Assembly (NCBI GenBank): GCA_951406725.2 | Contig: OX597821.1 | Span: 83,142,001 to 83,206,000 of the forward strand | Direction: 5' to 3' | Length of the DNA stretch: 64,000 nucleotides | Origin: Octopus vulgaris | Taxonomy: Eukaryota | In this document: piece by piece, positions 36,147 to 48,640 of the stretch | How positions within the stretch are numbered: the first letter of the stretch is position 1 | Layout of the letters: the number at the start of each line of letters is the position of its first letter | Notes under the pieces: model-generated | What the model saw: only the letters and a program-made list of their open reading frames with translations | Told to the model about the DNA's origin: nothing | Databases searched by the model: none | Position numbers and translations under genes: made by a program

Positions 36147-36446
36147 ATCACCATCATCATCAACAACAACATCCAACCATCCTCTTCTCCCTCCCTCCCT
36201 ACCTCCTATCTCTCACTCACCCACTCACTCGCTTCTCCTTGTCACTTGCTCTTTATACTACATACGTATGTCTTTCTACAGATCCGCGTTGCTTAACAAC
36301 CGATTGGGCAGTTACATAAGCTACATCTGTTGTTTGTTTGCATCCAAATAAATAACCAAAAAGAGAATGAGGGAGAAAAAAGTCACGGAAAGCTACTAGT
36401 AATACTAGCAGTAGACGTGGTGGTGTAGGCGGCGGCGGCAACAGCT

Positions 36447-36535
<89 letters not shown>

Positions 36536-36877
36536 TGAGGACGCAAGGAGAAGCTTTAATAACAAATTCTATCTGTATTCGGTTTCAAGCGTTTACACTC
36601 GTGATAAAAATCTAAGTCGATATTCCCGAAGAACCGCAAACAGAAGTGTGGTAAGTGGTGAAATTTAAGTGACAGCAGAAACGGTTTAATATGCAAACAA
36701 ACAAACAAACAAATAAATAATATTATAACATGAAATCAAAAATAATACCAACAAGGATTGGTTTTATACACCTCTATAAAAGTCCTTGCTTGAAAGTGGC
36801 ATATCAGATGAAGATCCGCTTTTGCAAATATAATTCGGCGGTTGGTTGTATTGGTGTAAATAATGATGATGATGATG

Positions 36878-36957
<80 letters not shown>

Positions 36958-36987
36958 TATAATAATGATAATAATAATAATAATAAT

Positions 36988-37546
36988 AAATGCCCTGATG
37001 CAGTACCAGGCAGTGGCTCTCATGGCTTCTGATCTTAATTGATTGGAAGTGTTATCATGTACATTGTTTTGTCTTGGTATAAAAGATGGGCTACAGCAAA
37101 TATTCTGCTCAATACCACAGATTTGCTTGTCAGTTGTTTGACCTTAACCAGTTGAGCATGTCCCTTAGTGGCTGACGATATGTGCATCTCTGATCACGAG
37201 CAGAAGTAGTGGGGGAGCATCATAGCCATGTGTTGAGAGGGATTCTTTGGGGTTTGAATAATTCACCTCTGGAAACACGGGTGGTTCTTTCAACATCCTT
37301 AAACAACCCTTATTCAGGGACCTTTTGAGCGGGATGGGCTACTCAACCTGAAGAAAATTCTAACTGGGCCCCACCTGCAAGGTCATGTGCTGTTTATCTT
37401 GATATGAGATCACCATGTCGCGCACATATGGTTGTGATGCATGTGCCTGGTGTACCTTTATCAGACGGGTAGTCATGATGGGTATATTGGGCTTCGTATA
37501 TTTTACCCCAGTGTCACTTTGATGGCATGAACTGCTCTCTCACTCA
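36988..37546 (+). mobile_element. ~555-bp non-coding (AAT)n-associated element, copy 2
   Basis: Starts aaatgccctgatgcagtaccaggca, ends ctctctcactcaataataa; embedded in (AAT)n on both sides. Confidence 0.85.
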
Positions 37547-37558
37547 ATAATAATAATG

Positions 37559-37619
<61 letters not shown>

Positions 37620-38790
37620 GCAAGGAAAGCTGATACAAATAGCCGCAAAACACGAGCAAAACCAAAAGATGTTCTCAGTATTTAAGGAAGCTGACAAATA
37701 CAAACAAGAAATCATACCACCTAACAAATATGAAGAAGAAGAAGAAGAAGAAGAAGAAGAAGAAGAAGAAGAAGAAGAAGAAGAAGAAGAAGAAGAAGAA
37801 GAAGAAGAAGAAGAAGAAGAAGAAGAAGAAGAAGAAGAAGAAGAAGAAGAAGAAGAAAACACAACAAAAGCTATAAAGCAAAGGAAATCAAAACTAAAAC
37901 TAGAACAGCAACGGACCATGATAAAGCGATGGCAAGAAAAGCCCCTTCATGGCAAGTACTGGACTAAACTAAATGCAAAAGAAATAGACAAAGAAAAATC
38001 CCAGCAATGGTTGAGAAGCTCGGGACTCAAAGCAGAGACAGAGGGTTTTTTAATTGCAGCACAAGACCAAAGCCTCCCCACCAGAAATTACCAAAAATAT
38101 GTAATGAAAAGAAATATAACAAGTAACTGCAGAATATGTGGAGATGGGCAAGAAACAATAAATCACATTATCTCTAGCTGCCCAGTCCTGGCTAAGAAGG
38201 AATATATTCACAGACACGACAGAGTTGGGAGCTACATACATTGGAAGCTATGCCAACATTATGGAATAACAACAGAAAAAAGATGGTATAGGCACACACC
38301 AGAAAAGGTCACAGAAAACGAGAAAGCAACCATACTCTGGGATATGCCAATACACAAAGAGAAATTAAGGCCAACAGACCAGATATAGTTGTCAGAGATC
38401 ATGAAGAAAAAAAAAGCTTTCTAATTGATGTATCGATACCAGCAGATGACAACGTGTCTCTAAAAGAAATTAAGAAACTTTCAAGATACAAAGACCTGGA
38501 AATAGAGGTTACTAGAATGTGGAATCTAAAAACAGAAACAATTCCTATCATAGTAGGTGCATTAGGCATGCTAAAAAAAAATATTCAGACAAATACATAA
38601 CAAAAACACCAAGACTTAGAAACACATATAACATACAGAAAAATGCACTACTAGGCACTGCACACATCCTACGCAGAACACTTTCAATACAATAACCATC
38701 AGAGCATCACAACAAATCACAACATATACCCAAGGCACACAGACCTGCGCTCGGTAGTGAAGTGTAATCACGTTATAAATATAAAACCAC
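37620..38790 (+). mobile_element. 5'-truncated R4/Dong-clade non-LTR retrotransposon next to (AAT)n
   Basis: WQEKPLHGKY, LKAETEGFLIAAQDQSLPTRNY, CRICGDGQETINHIISSC (CCHC), RHDRV, ILWDMPI, ANRPDIVV, IDVSIP, KYKDL-type RLE motifs. Confidence 0.92.
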
Positions 38791-38794
38791 AGCT

Positions 38795-38905
38795 TTTTCA
38801 TATTCTTTGGACCCACACAAAGTGGATGTAGGTATTTTCAAATCAAAACTGTCGAGAATCCCAGATGAACCTATTTCGCAGCAGGAGGCGCAAATGAGGG
38901 TAGCA
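38795..38905 (+). pseudogene. CR1/L2-group LINE C-terminal fragment
   Basis: VDVGIFKSKLSRIPDEPISQQEAQMR resembles the FK..LD..L..IPDEP motif. Confidence 0.5.
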
Positions 38906-40680
38906 ACATACATACATACATACATACATACATACATACATACATACATACATACATACATACATACATACATACATACATGCATGCATATATATATACA
39001 TACATGCATGCATGAATACATATATGTATACATGCATGCATACATACATACATACATACATACATGCATGCATGCATGCATACATACATACATACGTACA
39101 TACATTCATACATACATACATACATACGTACATACATGCATACATACATACGTACGTACATACATTCATACATACATACATTCATACATTCATATATACA
39201 TGCATGCATATATACATACATACATGCATGCATGATACATGTGTATACATGCATGCATACATACATACATACATACATACATGCATGCATACACACATGC
39301 ACACATACATGCATGCATACATACATACAAAAATACATGCATACATAATACATACATACATACATTCATACATACATACATACATACATACATACATACA
39401 TACATACATACATACATGCATACATACATACATACAAATCTGCACACACATGTGTACAAACAAATGAACAAAAATAACGCAGATCCAACAACGAACAAAG
39501 TCAACAACAACTAAAGAGATTGAAAGAAGCAACGGAAATTTCAGGAGAGAAAAATAATAAATCAGTGGAAATTGAACCGGTTTGTATGTATGTATGTATG
39601 TATGTATGTATGTATGTATGTATGTATGTATGTATGTATGTATGTTTGTATGTATGTATGTATGCATGTATGCTTGTATGTATGTATGTATGCATGCATG
39701 TATGCTTGTATGTATGTATGTATGTATGTATGCATGTATGCTTGTATGTATGTATGTATGTATGTGTGTATGCATGTATGTATGTATGTATGCATGCACG
39801 TATGTATGTATGTATGTATGTATGCATGCACGTATGTATGTGTGTATGCATGTATGTATGTGTGTGTATGTATGTATGTATGTATGTATGTATGCATGTA
39901 TGTATGTATGTATGTATGCATGTATGTATGTATGTATGTATGCATACATGCACGTATGTATGTATGTATGTATGTATGCATGTATGTATGTATGAATGCA
40001 TGTACGTATGCATGTATGTATGTATGCATGTATGTATGTATGCATGTATGTATGTATGCATACATGCACGTATGTATGTATGTATGTATGCATGCATGCA
40101 CGTATGTATGTGTGTATGCATGTATGCATGTATGTATGTATGTATTCATGCATGTATGTATGTATGTATGTATGTATGTATGCATGTATGTTTGTATGTA
40201 TGCATGCATGTATGTGTGCATGTGTGTATGCATGCATGCATGTATGTATGTATGTATACATGCATGCATGTATGTATGCATGTATGCATGTATGAATGCA
40301 TGTACGTATGCATGTATGTATGTATGCATGTATGTGTGTGTATGCATGTATGTATGCATGTATGTATGTATGTATGTATTCATGCATGCATGTATGTATG
40401 TATGTATGTATGCATGTATGTTTGTATGTATGTATGCATGTATGTGTGCATGCGTGTATGCATGCATGTATGTATGTATGTATGTATGTATGTATAAATG
40501 TATGTATGTATAAATGCATGTATGCATGCATGTATGTATGTATGCATGTATGTATGTATGCATGTATGTATGTATGTATGTATGTATGTATGCATGCATG
40601 CATGTATGTATGTATGTATGTATGTATGTATGTATGTATGTATGTATGTGTATGCATGTATATATGTGTATAAGTATATG
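38905..40680. repeat. Inverted pair of compound (CATA)n / (TATG)n arrays
   Basis: (CATA)n at 38905-39440, ~140-bp spacer, (TATG)n at 39581-40680. Confidence 0.95.
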
Positions 40681-41499
40681 TTTATATGCATCGGCCATCT
40701 TCGGGTCAGGCCATATCTAACTTAGTAGCACTATGTGTATATATGTGTGTTTGCATGCATTTCTCTGGGTACGAGTGAGTGTATATTCGTGTCATTGCTT
40801 GTGTGTTGCATTGAAGACTAATCTCATATTATCCATCCAAGGTTCCATCCATGTTTACTTAGTTCTTTAGAGTTTGTCTGGAGCAGTAAATTTCCTCACT
40901 CGAATAACATTTGGTTTCTCTCTCACATATTACGTTTATGTGAGGAACTCAGAGCAGAGCGAGAGAGAAGTAACGCTATTTTGACTACAATGAACTTTGG
41001 TAGACGGTTATTTACCAGATAAACCGGATGTTTTATACATTCCACGTTTTTCTACGTTGCAACTTGGGACTTAAAAACAATCTTAACTGCACTTTCTTCC
41101 TGCTGCTACATTGTTTGCAGCAATGTTACGCCTGCTGTTTATTCTTTGGTTTGGTTATGTTAAGGAATTATTGCGTAGCGGTACAACATAGTATTGAACC
41201 CGATGACCATCTAAACGCGTGTCGTTTAAATATATAGTGTCATGGTTTGGGTCACTCACATAGACACACATACATATACAGATACATACGTAGATACGCT
41301 CACGAATACGTATACATGCATATATATATATATATATAATGATAAATCTCAGAGCGAGTTATAAACAGTAGCGGCAACACATCGTGACGTATATTTGCCA
41401 TTTGAATATGGCTAACCCCTAAGGGTGGATGCTACTGTTATATATATATATATATATATATACATGCTATGTATATATATATATATATATATATATACA

Positions 41500-41712
41500 T
41501 ACTCTTTTACTTGTTTCAGTCATTTGACTTCGGCCATGCTGGGGTACCACATTTTTAATCGAATAAATCGCCCCCGGGACTTATTCTTTGTAAGCCTAGT
41601 ACTTATCCTATTGGTCTTTTTTTGCCGAACCACTAGGTGACGGGGACGTCAACACACCAACATCGGTTTTCAAGCGATGTTGGGGGTGGTGGTGTCAAAC
41701 GCAGACACAAAC

Positions 41713-41774
<62 letters not shown>

Positions 41775-41937
41775 CGACGAGCTTCTTTCAGCTTCCGTCT
41801 ATCAAATCCACTCACAAGGTTTTGGTCAGCTCGAGGCTATAGTAGAAGACACTTGCCCATGGCGCCAAGCAATGGGACTGAACCTAGAACCATGTGGTTG
41901 GGAAGCAAGCTTCTTGCCACACAGCCACTTCTGCGCT
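41500..41937 (-). mobile_element. SINE family 1, full length
   Basis: Reverse complement of the consensus. Confidence 0.9.
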
Positions 41938-42188
41938 TATATTTATAGGATATGGCACTTCGATGCATAAATGATTGGATTGCGTGACAGGTAAATATTT
42001 ATGCAACTAAAAACACATCATACAATTTATGCTCAGTTACAGATTATTTACTCGTAATTCCCACATTTTATTCACCTTGACTCTTCGTGTTCTGAAAGCA
42101 GTCTGCTAATCCAGAACACACACACACACACACATACATACATTCACACGCACGCACACACACACACACTCACTCACACACACATACG

Positions 42189-42225
<37 letters not shown>

Positions 42226-42799
42226 ACGCACACACTTACATACACACGCACACACACATACACACTCACACACACACAGGCACACACACACACACATACA
42301 TTCACACACACACACACTCACTGTCACGACAAGTTTTGTTAATCGCTTTTTTAGGCTTCGTCTAAATCTTGCATTACTTCACCTTACTTCTGGACTGCTT
42401 TATAATACATCTCCTGTTCTTTTCCTTCTATCTTTTGAGCAACTGTTTCAAGATAACCTAGTCCTATGCACCTAAAGGCAGATTTGATATAAGTACAAAA
42501 CGTCACGCTTCAATGAACAACGATATGTTTTTTATTAGCTGATTTTAATACATTTAATAAGTAATATGTAAATTGTAAAACCATGTTGTTTCTATGACTA
42601 GACAGATATTCCGCGTGTCATATATTGACACTGCCTCTCACAGGTAAACACATTATCTATTCAGACGTCGTCTATAGAATGTATTTGTTTAATCCGTGGG
42701 TATTAAACTCAAGCTATTGAGAAGACAGTTTATGAAAGTTGACAGTGAATAAAAACAATGTGTAATTGTTGACTGGAGGGCCAGAGCGTGTAAGCATTC

Positions 42800-43008
42800 T
42801 TTTTCATATCGGAACAAGGCCTGAAATTTGGTGGTGGGGTGGGTACGTTGAGTACATCATCTCCAGTGCCCAACATGGACTAATTGATACCGAAAGGATG
42901 AAAGGTAAGGTCGGTCTCTGTGGAATTTGAACTCGGAAAGTTAAACCGGAAGAAATGTCGCTAAGCAATTTGTCCGGTGTGCTGAGAGTTCTAGCAGTTC
43001 GCTGCCAC
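42800..43008 (-). mobile_element. SINE family 2, diverged
   Basis: acaaggcctgaaattt..ccgaaaggatgaaaggtaaggtcg..ggaatttgaactc. Confidence 0.7.
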
Positions 43009-43048
43009 AGGGTGTAGATATTGACTATTGAGTTAGTCTATAGATGTT

Positions 43049-43819
43049 GATGAAGTATGTGGCTGTTGCTTGGAAACATACAATTTGTGTGTGTGGAAGC
43101 ACTCCGTCGGTTACGACGATGAGGGTTCCGGTTAATCCGAATCAACGGAACAGCCTGCTCGTGAAATTAACGTGTAAGTGGCTGAGCACTCCACAGACAC
43201 GTGTACCCTTAACGTAATTCTCGGGGATATTCAGCGTGACACAGAGAGTGACAAGGCCGGCCCTTTGAAATACAGGTACAACAGAAACAGGAAGTAAGAG
43301 TGAGAGAAAGTTGTGGTGAAAGAGTACAGCAGGGATCACCACCATCCCCTGCCGGAGCCTCGTGGTGCTTTAGGTGTTTTCGTTCAATAAACACTCACAA
43401 CGCCCGGTCTGGGAATCGAAACTGCGATCCTACGACTGCGAGTCCGCTGCCCTAACCACTGGGCCATTGCGCCTCCACATACAATTTGTAGACTGACACT
43501 AGACATACACAACAATCTACATAGAATCTTACAAGTGTTTCATAGGTTCAAATAACGGGAGCAATTTGAAGAATATGATGTTTCGAACTATTTTGGTCCA
43601 TTTAAAAAACTTCCAAAGGTTATGTAATCAAGAATATTGAAGTAGGTCAAACGATTTTCATATTGGATGCGCTCCCCCGATTAAGTTTTAGACTGGAATC
43701 CCAGTACACTAGTATAACTTATATTTTGAAACACTTGTAGGATTTTATGTAGAATGTTGTGTATGTCTAGTGTCAGTGTACAAATTGTATGTTTCCAAAC
43801 AACATCTACATACTTTGTC
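43049..43819. mobile_element. Foldback MITE with ~90-bp TIRs, left arm interrupted by a SINE
   Basis: 43049-43088 plus 43490-43542 is the inverted copy of 43727-43819. Confidence 0.8.
43089..43476 (-). mobile_element. SINE family 3 (head A + tail i), full length with a 13-bp TSD
   Basis: Head ggaggcgcaatggcccagtggttagggcagcggactcg..gtttcgattccc; TSD acatacaatttgt at 43076-43088 and 43477-43489. Confidence 0.92.
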
Positions 43820-43949
43820 CACAAGTCCAGAACCTTTCGAGCTCACGAGGAAATTTTAGATCAGTCATACACAAACTTCGATCCAAGGAACTTTCTGAAC
43901 GGCACACCAACGAAAAATTACGTTGAATGTATTTTTAAATATGTATATC

Positions 43950-44240
43950 TATGGCCATTGCCAGCCTCGCCTGGCTCCCGTGCCGGTGGCACGTAAAAAG
44001 CACCATCCGATCGTGGCCGTTTGCCAGCCTCGTCTGGCACCTGTGCCGGTGGCACGTAAAATGCACTGACTACACTCACGGAGTGGTTGGCGTTAGGAAG
44101 GGCATCCAGCCGTAGAAACATTGCCAGATCAGACTGGGCCTGGTGCAGCCTTCTGGCTTCCCAGACCCCAGTTGAACCGTCCAACCCATGCTAGCATGGA
44201 AAGCGGACGCTAAATGATGATGATGATGATGATGATGATG
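43950..44240 (+). mobile_element. RTE-related retroposon 3' end with two ~63-bp subrepeats and an (ATG)n tail
   Basis: tgccagcctcg.ctggc..gtgccggtggcacgtaaaa x2; gttggcgttaggaagggcatccagccgta; aacccatgctagcatggaaagcggacg.taaatgatgatg. Confidence 0.7.
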
Positions 44241-44309
44241 CAGCCCACCTACCGATGAGCCTACTTCTCCAAAAAGGTCGCCCATGCCTGCTTCAGATGG
44301 CCGATCGAC

Positions 44310-45563
44310 ATGCGAGAAATAGTAGCTAAACTTTACTCGCATCACATCCTATTCTATTAAGCAACGAATATATATGGTTAACGCAGTCTAAGATACACTT
44401 CGTCTGAAGATATAAAGATGGATTAGCTACGGCTGGAATGCCTTCAATCACAAGTCTGCTGGATCAAGCAAGGTTCACCTAACAGTCTTGTATGGAGACC
44501 GACAGACTCTCAAGGCATTGGTCGGCCAAGGTTTTATAAGAAGACACTCGCTCAACGTGTCACGCAATGGAACTGAACCCGAAGCCACATGGAGCAAAAT
44601 GAACATTTTAACCACAGAATCATGCTTGCAACTTTGCTTTATTTGTATTTTATTTCAGTTTTTTTTTGTTTTTTTTATATAATTTTTTGCATTCAACGGT
44701 TGAAAGATGAACGACCTTTGGTTTCCCTTTATGTAAGATATTTCGGTAAAACTTCAAAAACAAACAAAAACAACAACACAGAACTATTGATCCCGTTCTC
44801 TTGTTATTGATGACTACAATATGGCTGTCATTAGACTTTGATAAATGCTCCAACAGCATGTGTGAGTATGTATGTGTGTGTGTGTATGTGTTTTTGTGTG
44901 AATGTGTGATTGCCCTCCGCACCCACAGTACATGAGACAAATAACAACTAGCTTTCCCAGGCCAACTAGTTTCCGCCCTTTACTATTCAGTTGCTTCTCG
45001 TCATAGAAAGAAAGGAAAAAAGAAACCAAGCAATCACCACCACCACCAATATTACTGCACCAACAATAACAGTACTGGTAGCTTGTACGAGGTAGCATTG
45101 CTAGAAATAGTAGCCAAATACTTCTCATACCACACTCCTTTTTATACGAAAAAAAAAAACAAAAAGAAAAAACTGAATGTCTCGAACAATGTCGTCCCTG
45201 ATATTAAAAAAAAAAGGGATGGTCACGGCTGGAACAGCTTTGACTATAGTTGATCAATTAGGGTTGACTCGAGGCTAAACAACTTTACAGCGATTAAGCA
45301 TAACTGACAACTACTAATTACGACGACGACTACGACGACAACCACCACCACCACCACCATTATGAACCAACGAAAGCTGTACGCATGGGTTCGACTTGCT
45401 AGAAATAGCAGCCAGAAGTTTCTCAATGCACACCCAGCAACAGAGTGGTTGGGGTGGAGAGGACACATCGTATTTCAATAGGACGGGATGGAATGTTTAT
45501 GAACATTGGTCAGCTGGCCTAGAATTGACCCCAAGGCAAAACAACAACGAGAACAAACTTAGT

Positions 45564-45604
<41 letters not shown>

Positions 45605-45780
45605 AAACTATTTCAGTACCATTACACAGCTAAACAGCAACACTGCAACGACTTTTGCTACACACGGTTAAAGATCGGGTGGGACCCCAGGAACATACAC
45701 TATGCATAGAAAGGATGGTCACGGTTGAAATGCTTTTAATTATAAGTTTGCTCAAGCATGGTTCATTTGGAGATAACAAC
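44310..45780 (+). repeat. Cluster of four diverged copies of an old interspersed repeat
   Basis: ctagaaatag.agccaaa / ggatggtcacggctggaatg..ttga / ggg.tgac..ggctaaacaac modules at ~44313, 45097, 45396 and 45700; also at 47017 and 59650. Confidence 0.6.
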
Positions 45781-46609
45781 ACAAACACTAACACCACCAC
45801 CATCACCACTGCCAACTACGACCATCTGATCACTGTTATGACAAACATACTTAACAATCAAAATACGCGACCTTCCTCGTCCATCATCCGCCACCACAAC
45901 CACCAGTGACCCACACATTTTTGTGTTCTGTGGTTCATCCCCTTCATTGAACTTCCTCCAACATTAAACGGAAACAGATACCGCAAAGAAGAACAAATTT
46001 GGTATCATTCGAGTAAAACCACTTCAGTTTCGAGACAAGTCATTACAACTTGCCGAACAGACTCGCCCTCTGTATGTACACCGCCTAAACGAGTGTAGAT
46101 GTATGTGTGTATGGGTTGCCTGCTTGCGTGTTGTGTGTGAAATGAGAACCGTTTTACCACTTAATAATCTACAAAGACTTCTGTCTTTTCCTCACTCTAC
46201 TTTCTCGCTTTCCCTCTCTCTATCGCCTCTTTCTATTCACTGCTGCTGCTCCCCACACCAGTCTCTATGTTACTCGCCAACCAGTTCACTCGCCCACTCG
46301 CTCATTCATTTTGTTTTTTCTATAAAAGTGAAAACTTCCGCTTACATTTCCGAAAAATTCATTCGAAGTATGAGAATAACTTGACTGCACATTTCTCCTT
46401 GTGGATGGTTACAGACAGTGCCGTTGTTTTGTACTAATAAGCTTAGAACATTAAAATCCAGTCCATAAGAGTTTGTTCACCCTTTAAAAGTGGAAGACCC
46501 TCAACTTGATTGAAGACTCCAGGACAATTTCAATTCTTTCTCCACTTTCACATCGAGCCTCCTTTTTATTACGCAACAACTTCTATCGATTGCATTATAG
46601 GTTCTTAAG

Positions 46610-46974
46610 AACGTTAACACGCCGGCGAAATGCTTAGCGGTTTTTCGTCTGAGTTCAAATTCCGCCGAGGTCGACTTTGCCTTTTATCCTTTCGGGGTCG
46701 ATTAAATAAGTACCAGTTACGCACTGGAGTCGATATAATCGACTTAATCCGCTTGTCTGTCCTTGCTTGTCCCCTCTGTGTTTAGCCCCTTGTGGGTAGT
46801 AAAGAAATAGGTATTTCGTCCGTCTTTACGTTCTGAGTTCAAATTCCACCGAGGTCGACTTTACCCTTCATCCTTTCGGGGTCGGTAAATTAAGTACCAA
46901 TTGCATACTGGAGTCGATCTAATCGACTGGCCCCCTTCCCCCAAATTTCAGGAATTGTGCCTAGAGTAGAAAAT
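46610..46974 (+). mobile_element. Dimeric SINE family 2 insertion with a 16-bp TSD
   Basis: attataggttcttaag at 46594-46609 and 46975-46990 encloses two monomers (tail alpha, then tail beta). Confidence 0.88.
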
Positions 46975-48289
46975 ATTATAGGTTCTTAAGTTTAGGAAAC
47001 CTCCACGCGCTCGTCGCTCAACTTGTTAAAAATAGCTGTGAAATTTTCCTCAAATCACATCCGACAATCTTAAAAAAGGAAAAGAAAAAAAAAAGACTCA
47101 TAGAATATGTGATCCTGCGTGCAGTGCCTGCGAAAAAATTTTTTTATACCTGGAACGCTTTTCTTCCTGTGTCATAAGAGTGTCGGATAAATACGGCTCT
47201 TTACGTTCAGAGTTCGAATCCCACCGATGTCAACTTTGTCTTTTATTCCTTTCAGAGTCGAAAAGCTGAGAATTATCCGAGTATAAGGCAGTCGGTTTTA
47301 TTATTCCAATAATGCATCCTAGATGTCAATGAACTGATAATATTTAAAGAGCTGTGCGGGGTCTGAATAGCATCCACACCATCCTTTCGTTGTCTTGTTC
47401 ATTCACTTGAGTTTTCCTTCCACAATATTAATTCTCGGTTGTAACAACTTCACTCCATTCACCTTACTTAATGTCTTTATTAAAGGCAGTGCCCATGATC
47501 CTTAACCCTGTCACACCGTGTTCCCGTATTAGCGAGAATAGGTTGAACGTCGTCTCTGCTGAATTCCCATTTCCCAGTAAAGCAGTAATGAACAACACGT
47601 AGAAAAAGATGTTGCTGATTCTGTCCATTAGTTTCCCTGCAATCGTTAATCTAGATCTGTATATGCAACTATTTATTTTTTTGCTCGGTAGCCCAGATGG
47701 TGGATAAAGTTAAACACAGGGGCTCAGATCTGAAAGGTTTAACAGGGGCTCTGAGACAGATGGGAGGGAGGGAGAAAGGAAAGTAACCTAAAACCAGAGA
47801 CCAGGCCAGAATGCTTGCAATAGAGTGGACTCTGCTAAAGTACTGAAAGTGCCATGTAATGGTGTTAAACAGCGTAACGGATTTAAGCCTACCACCCAAG
47901 AGGGCCTCAGCAGGATGCGAACTCAGAACTCAAAGAACGGAACCAAATCTGCAAGGTATCCAGTTTGACATTTTCCCACCTCTTCCAAACCACTGCCTTA
48001 CACTGGTACCTTTTTTTTTTCTTCTCATGCTCAAAAAGATGGAATGTAAAGTTGCCCTCAACAAGATTCGAACTCACATAGTCGGTACAAATACAACAAT
48101 GCATTACATCCGATGCTCTAACAGCTCTGCCAATTTGCTAGTTATAGACGGCTCTGTGAGTCTTAAGACAAAAGCACAATAAACAGTTGCCCAGGGGCTT
48201 CTCGGGTCTAATATGACTCAAACGCTCCGATACCCGCCAGAATGCAAGAAGACTAATAGTTCAACTAATGACTTTTCAGTTGATGTAAA

Positions 48290-48640
48290 ACTTTCCACCA
48301 TTTTATACTAAGAAGATATTTTAACTATTTTTTTTATTGTGCATAGTAGTCTCATTTTCGTAAAGTGTACTCAGCAGTCCATGCTATGAGTGCAAATCCC
48401 AGCGCTTTATGGGTTAATGATGCTCCCGATCACCCTGTAGGGTTTCTAAATTCTGTTCAGTTCATTGTTGTCCCTCTTCACAATCTGCAACTGAAAGAGA
48501 AACGTTCAGTCCTGCAACATTTTGACCCGCCAAAACTCTATAACAGTATAAGACTAGCTGCCCTAGCTGAGTGCAACCACTATTATGATTGGTTGTATCA
48601 ACTGAAGTGTTTTCATTCCTACATCAGATACACTGGGGTA
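48290..48640 (+). pseudogene. Helitron Pif1-like helicase remnant
   Basis: HPVGFLNSV..VPLHNLQLKE..LQHFDPPKLYNSIRL..VFIP resembles YP.EFLNS..PPH.L.LK..LRNL.PPKLCNGTRL..VFIPR. Confidence 0.7.

Noticed and set aside
39570-40705. Possible hammerhead split by the CATA array (minus strand ccgaagatggcc..array..caaaccggtt)
   Set aside because: Both core motifs are mutated and stem I does not pair; too weak to claim.
43400-43476. tRNA-like sequences at SINE heads (also 4488-4560, 2920-2994, 55520-55594, 60810-60884)
   Set aside because: A/B-box-like motifs are present, but there is no proper acceptor stem and each continues into a SINE body, so they are not tRNA genes.
43950-44060. Direct repeats resembling a CRISPR repeat-spacer pattern
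   Set aside because: Only two units, part of a retroposon tail, in a eukaryotic context with no cas genes.
47480-47640. Minus-strand MDRISNIFFYVLFITALLGNGNSAE.. resembling a signal-peptide exon
   Set aside because: It is short and embedded in RTE-like remnants (IVEGKL..W.D); no supporting exon structure.
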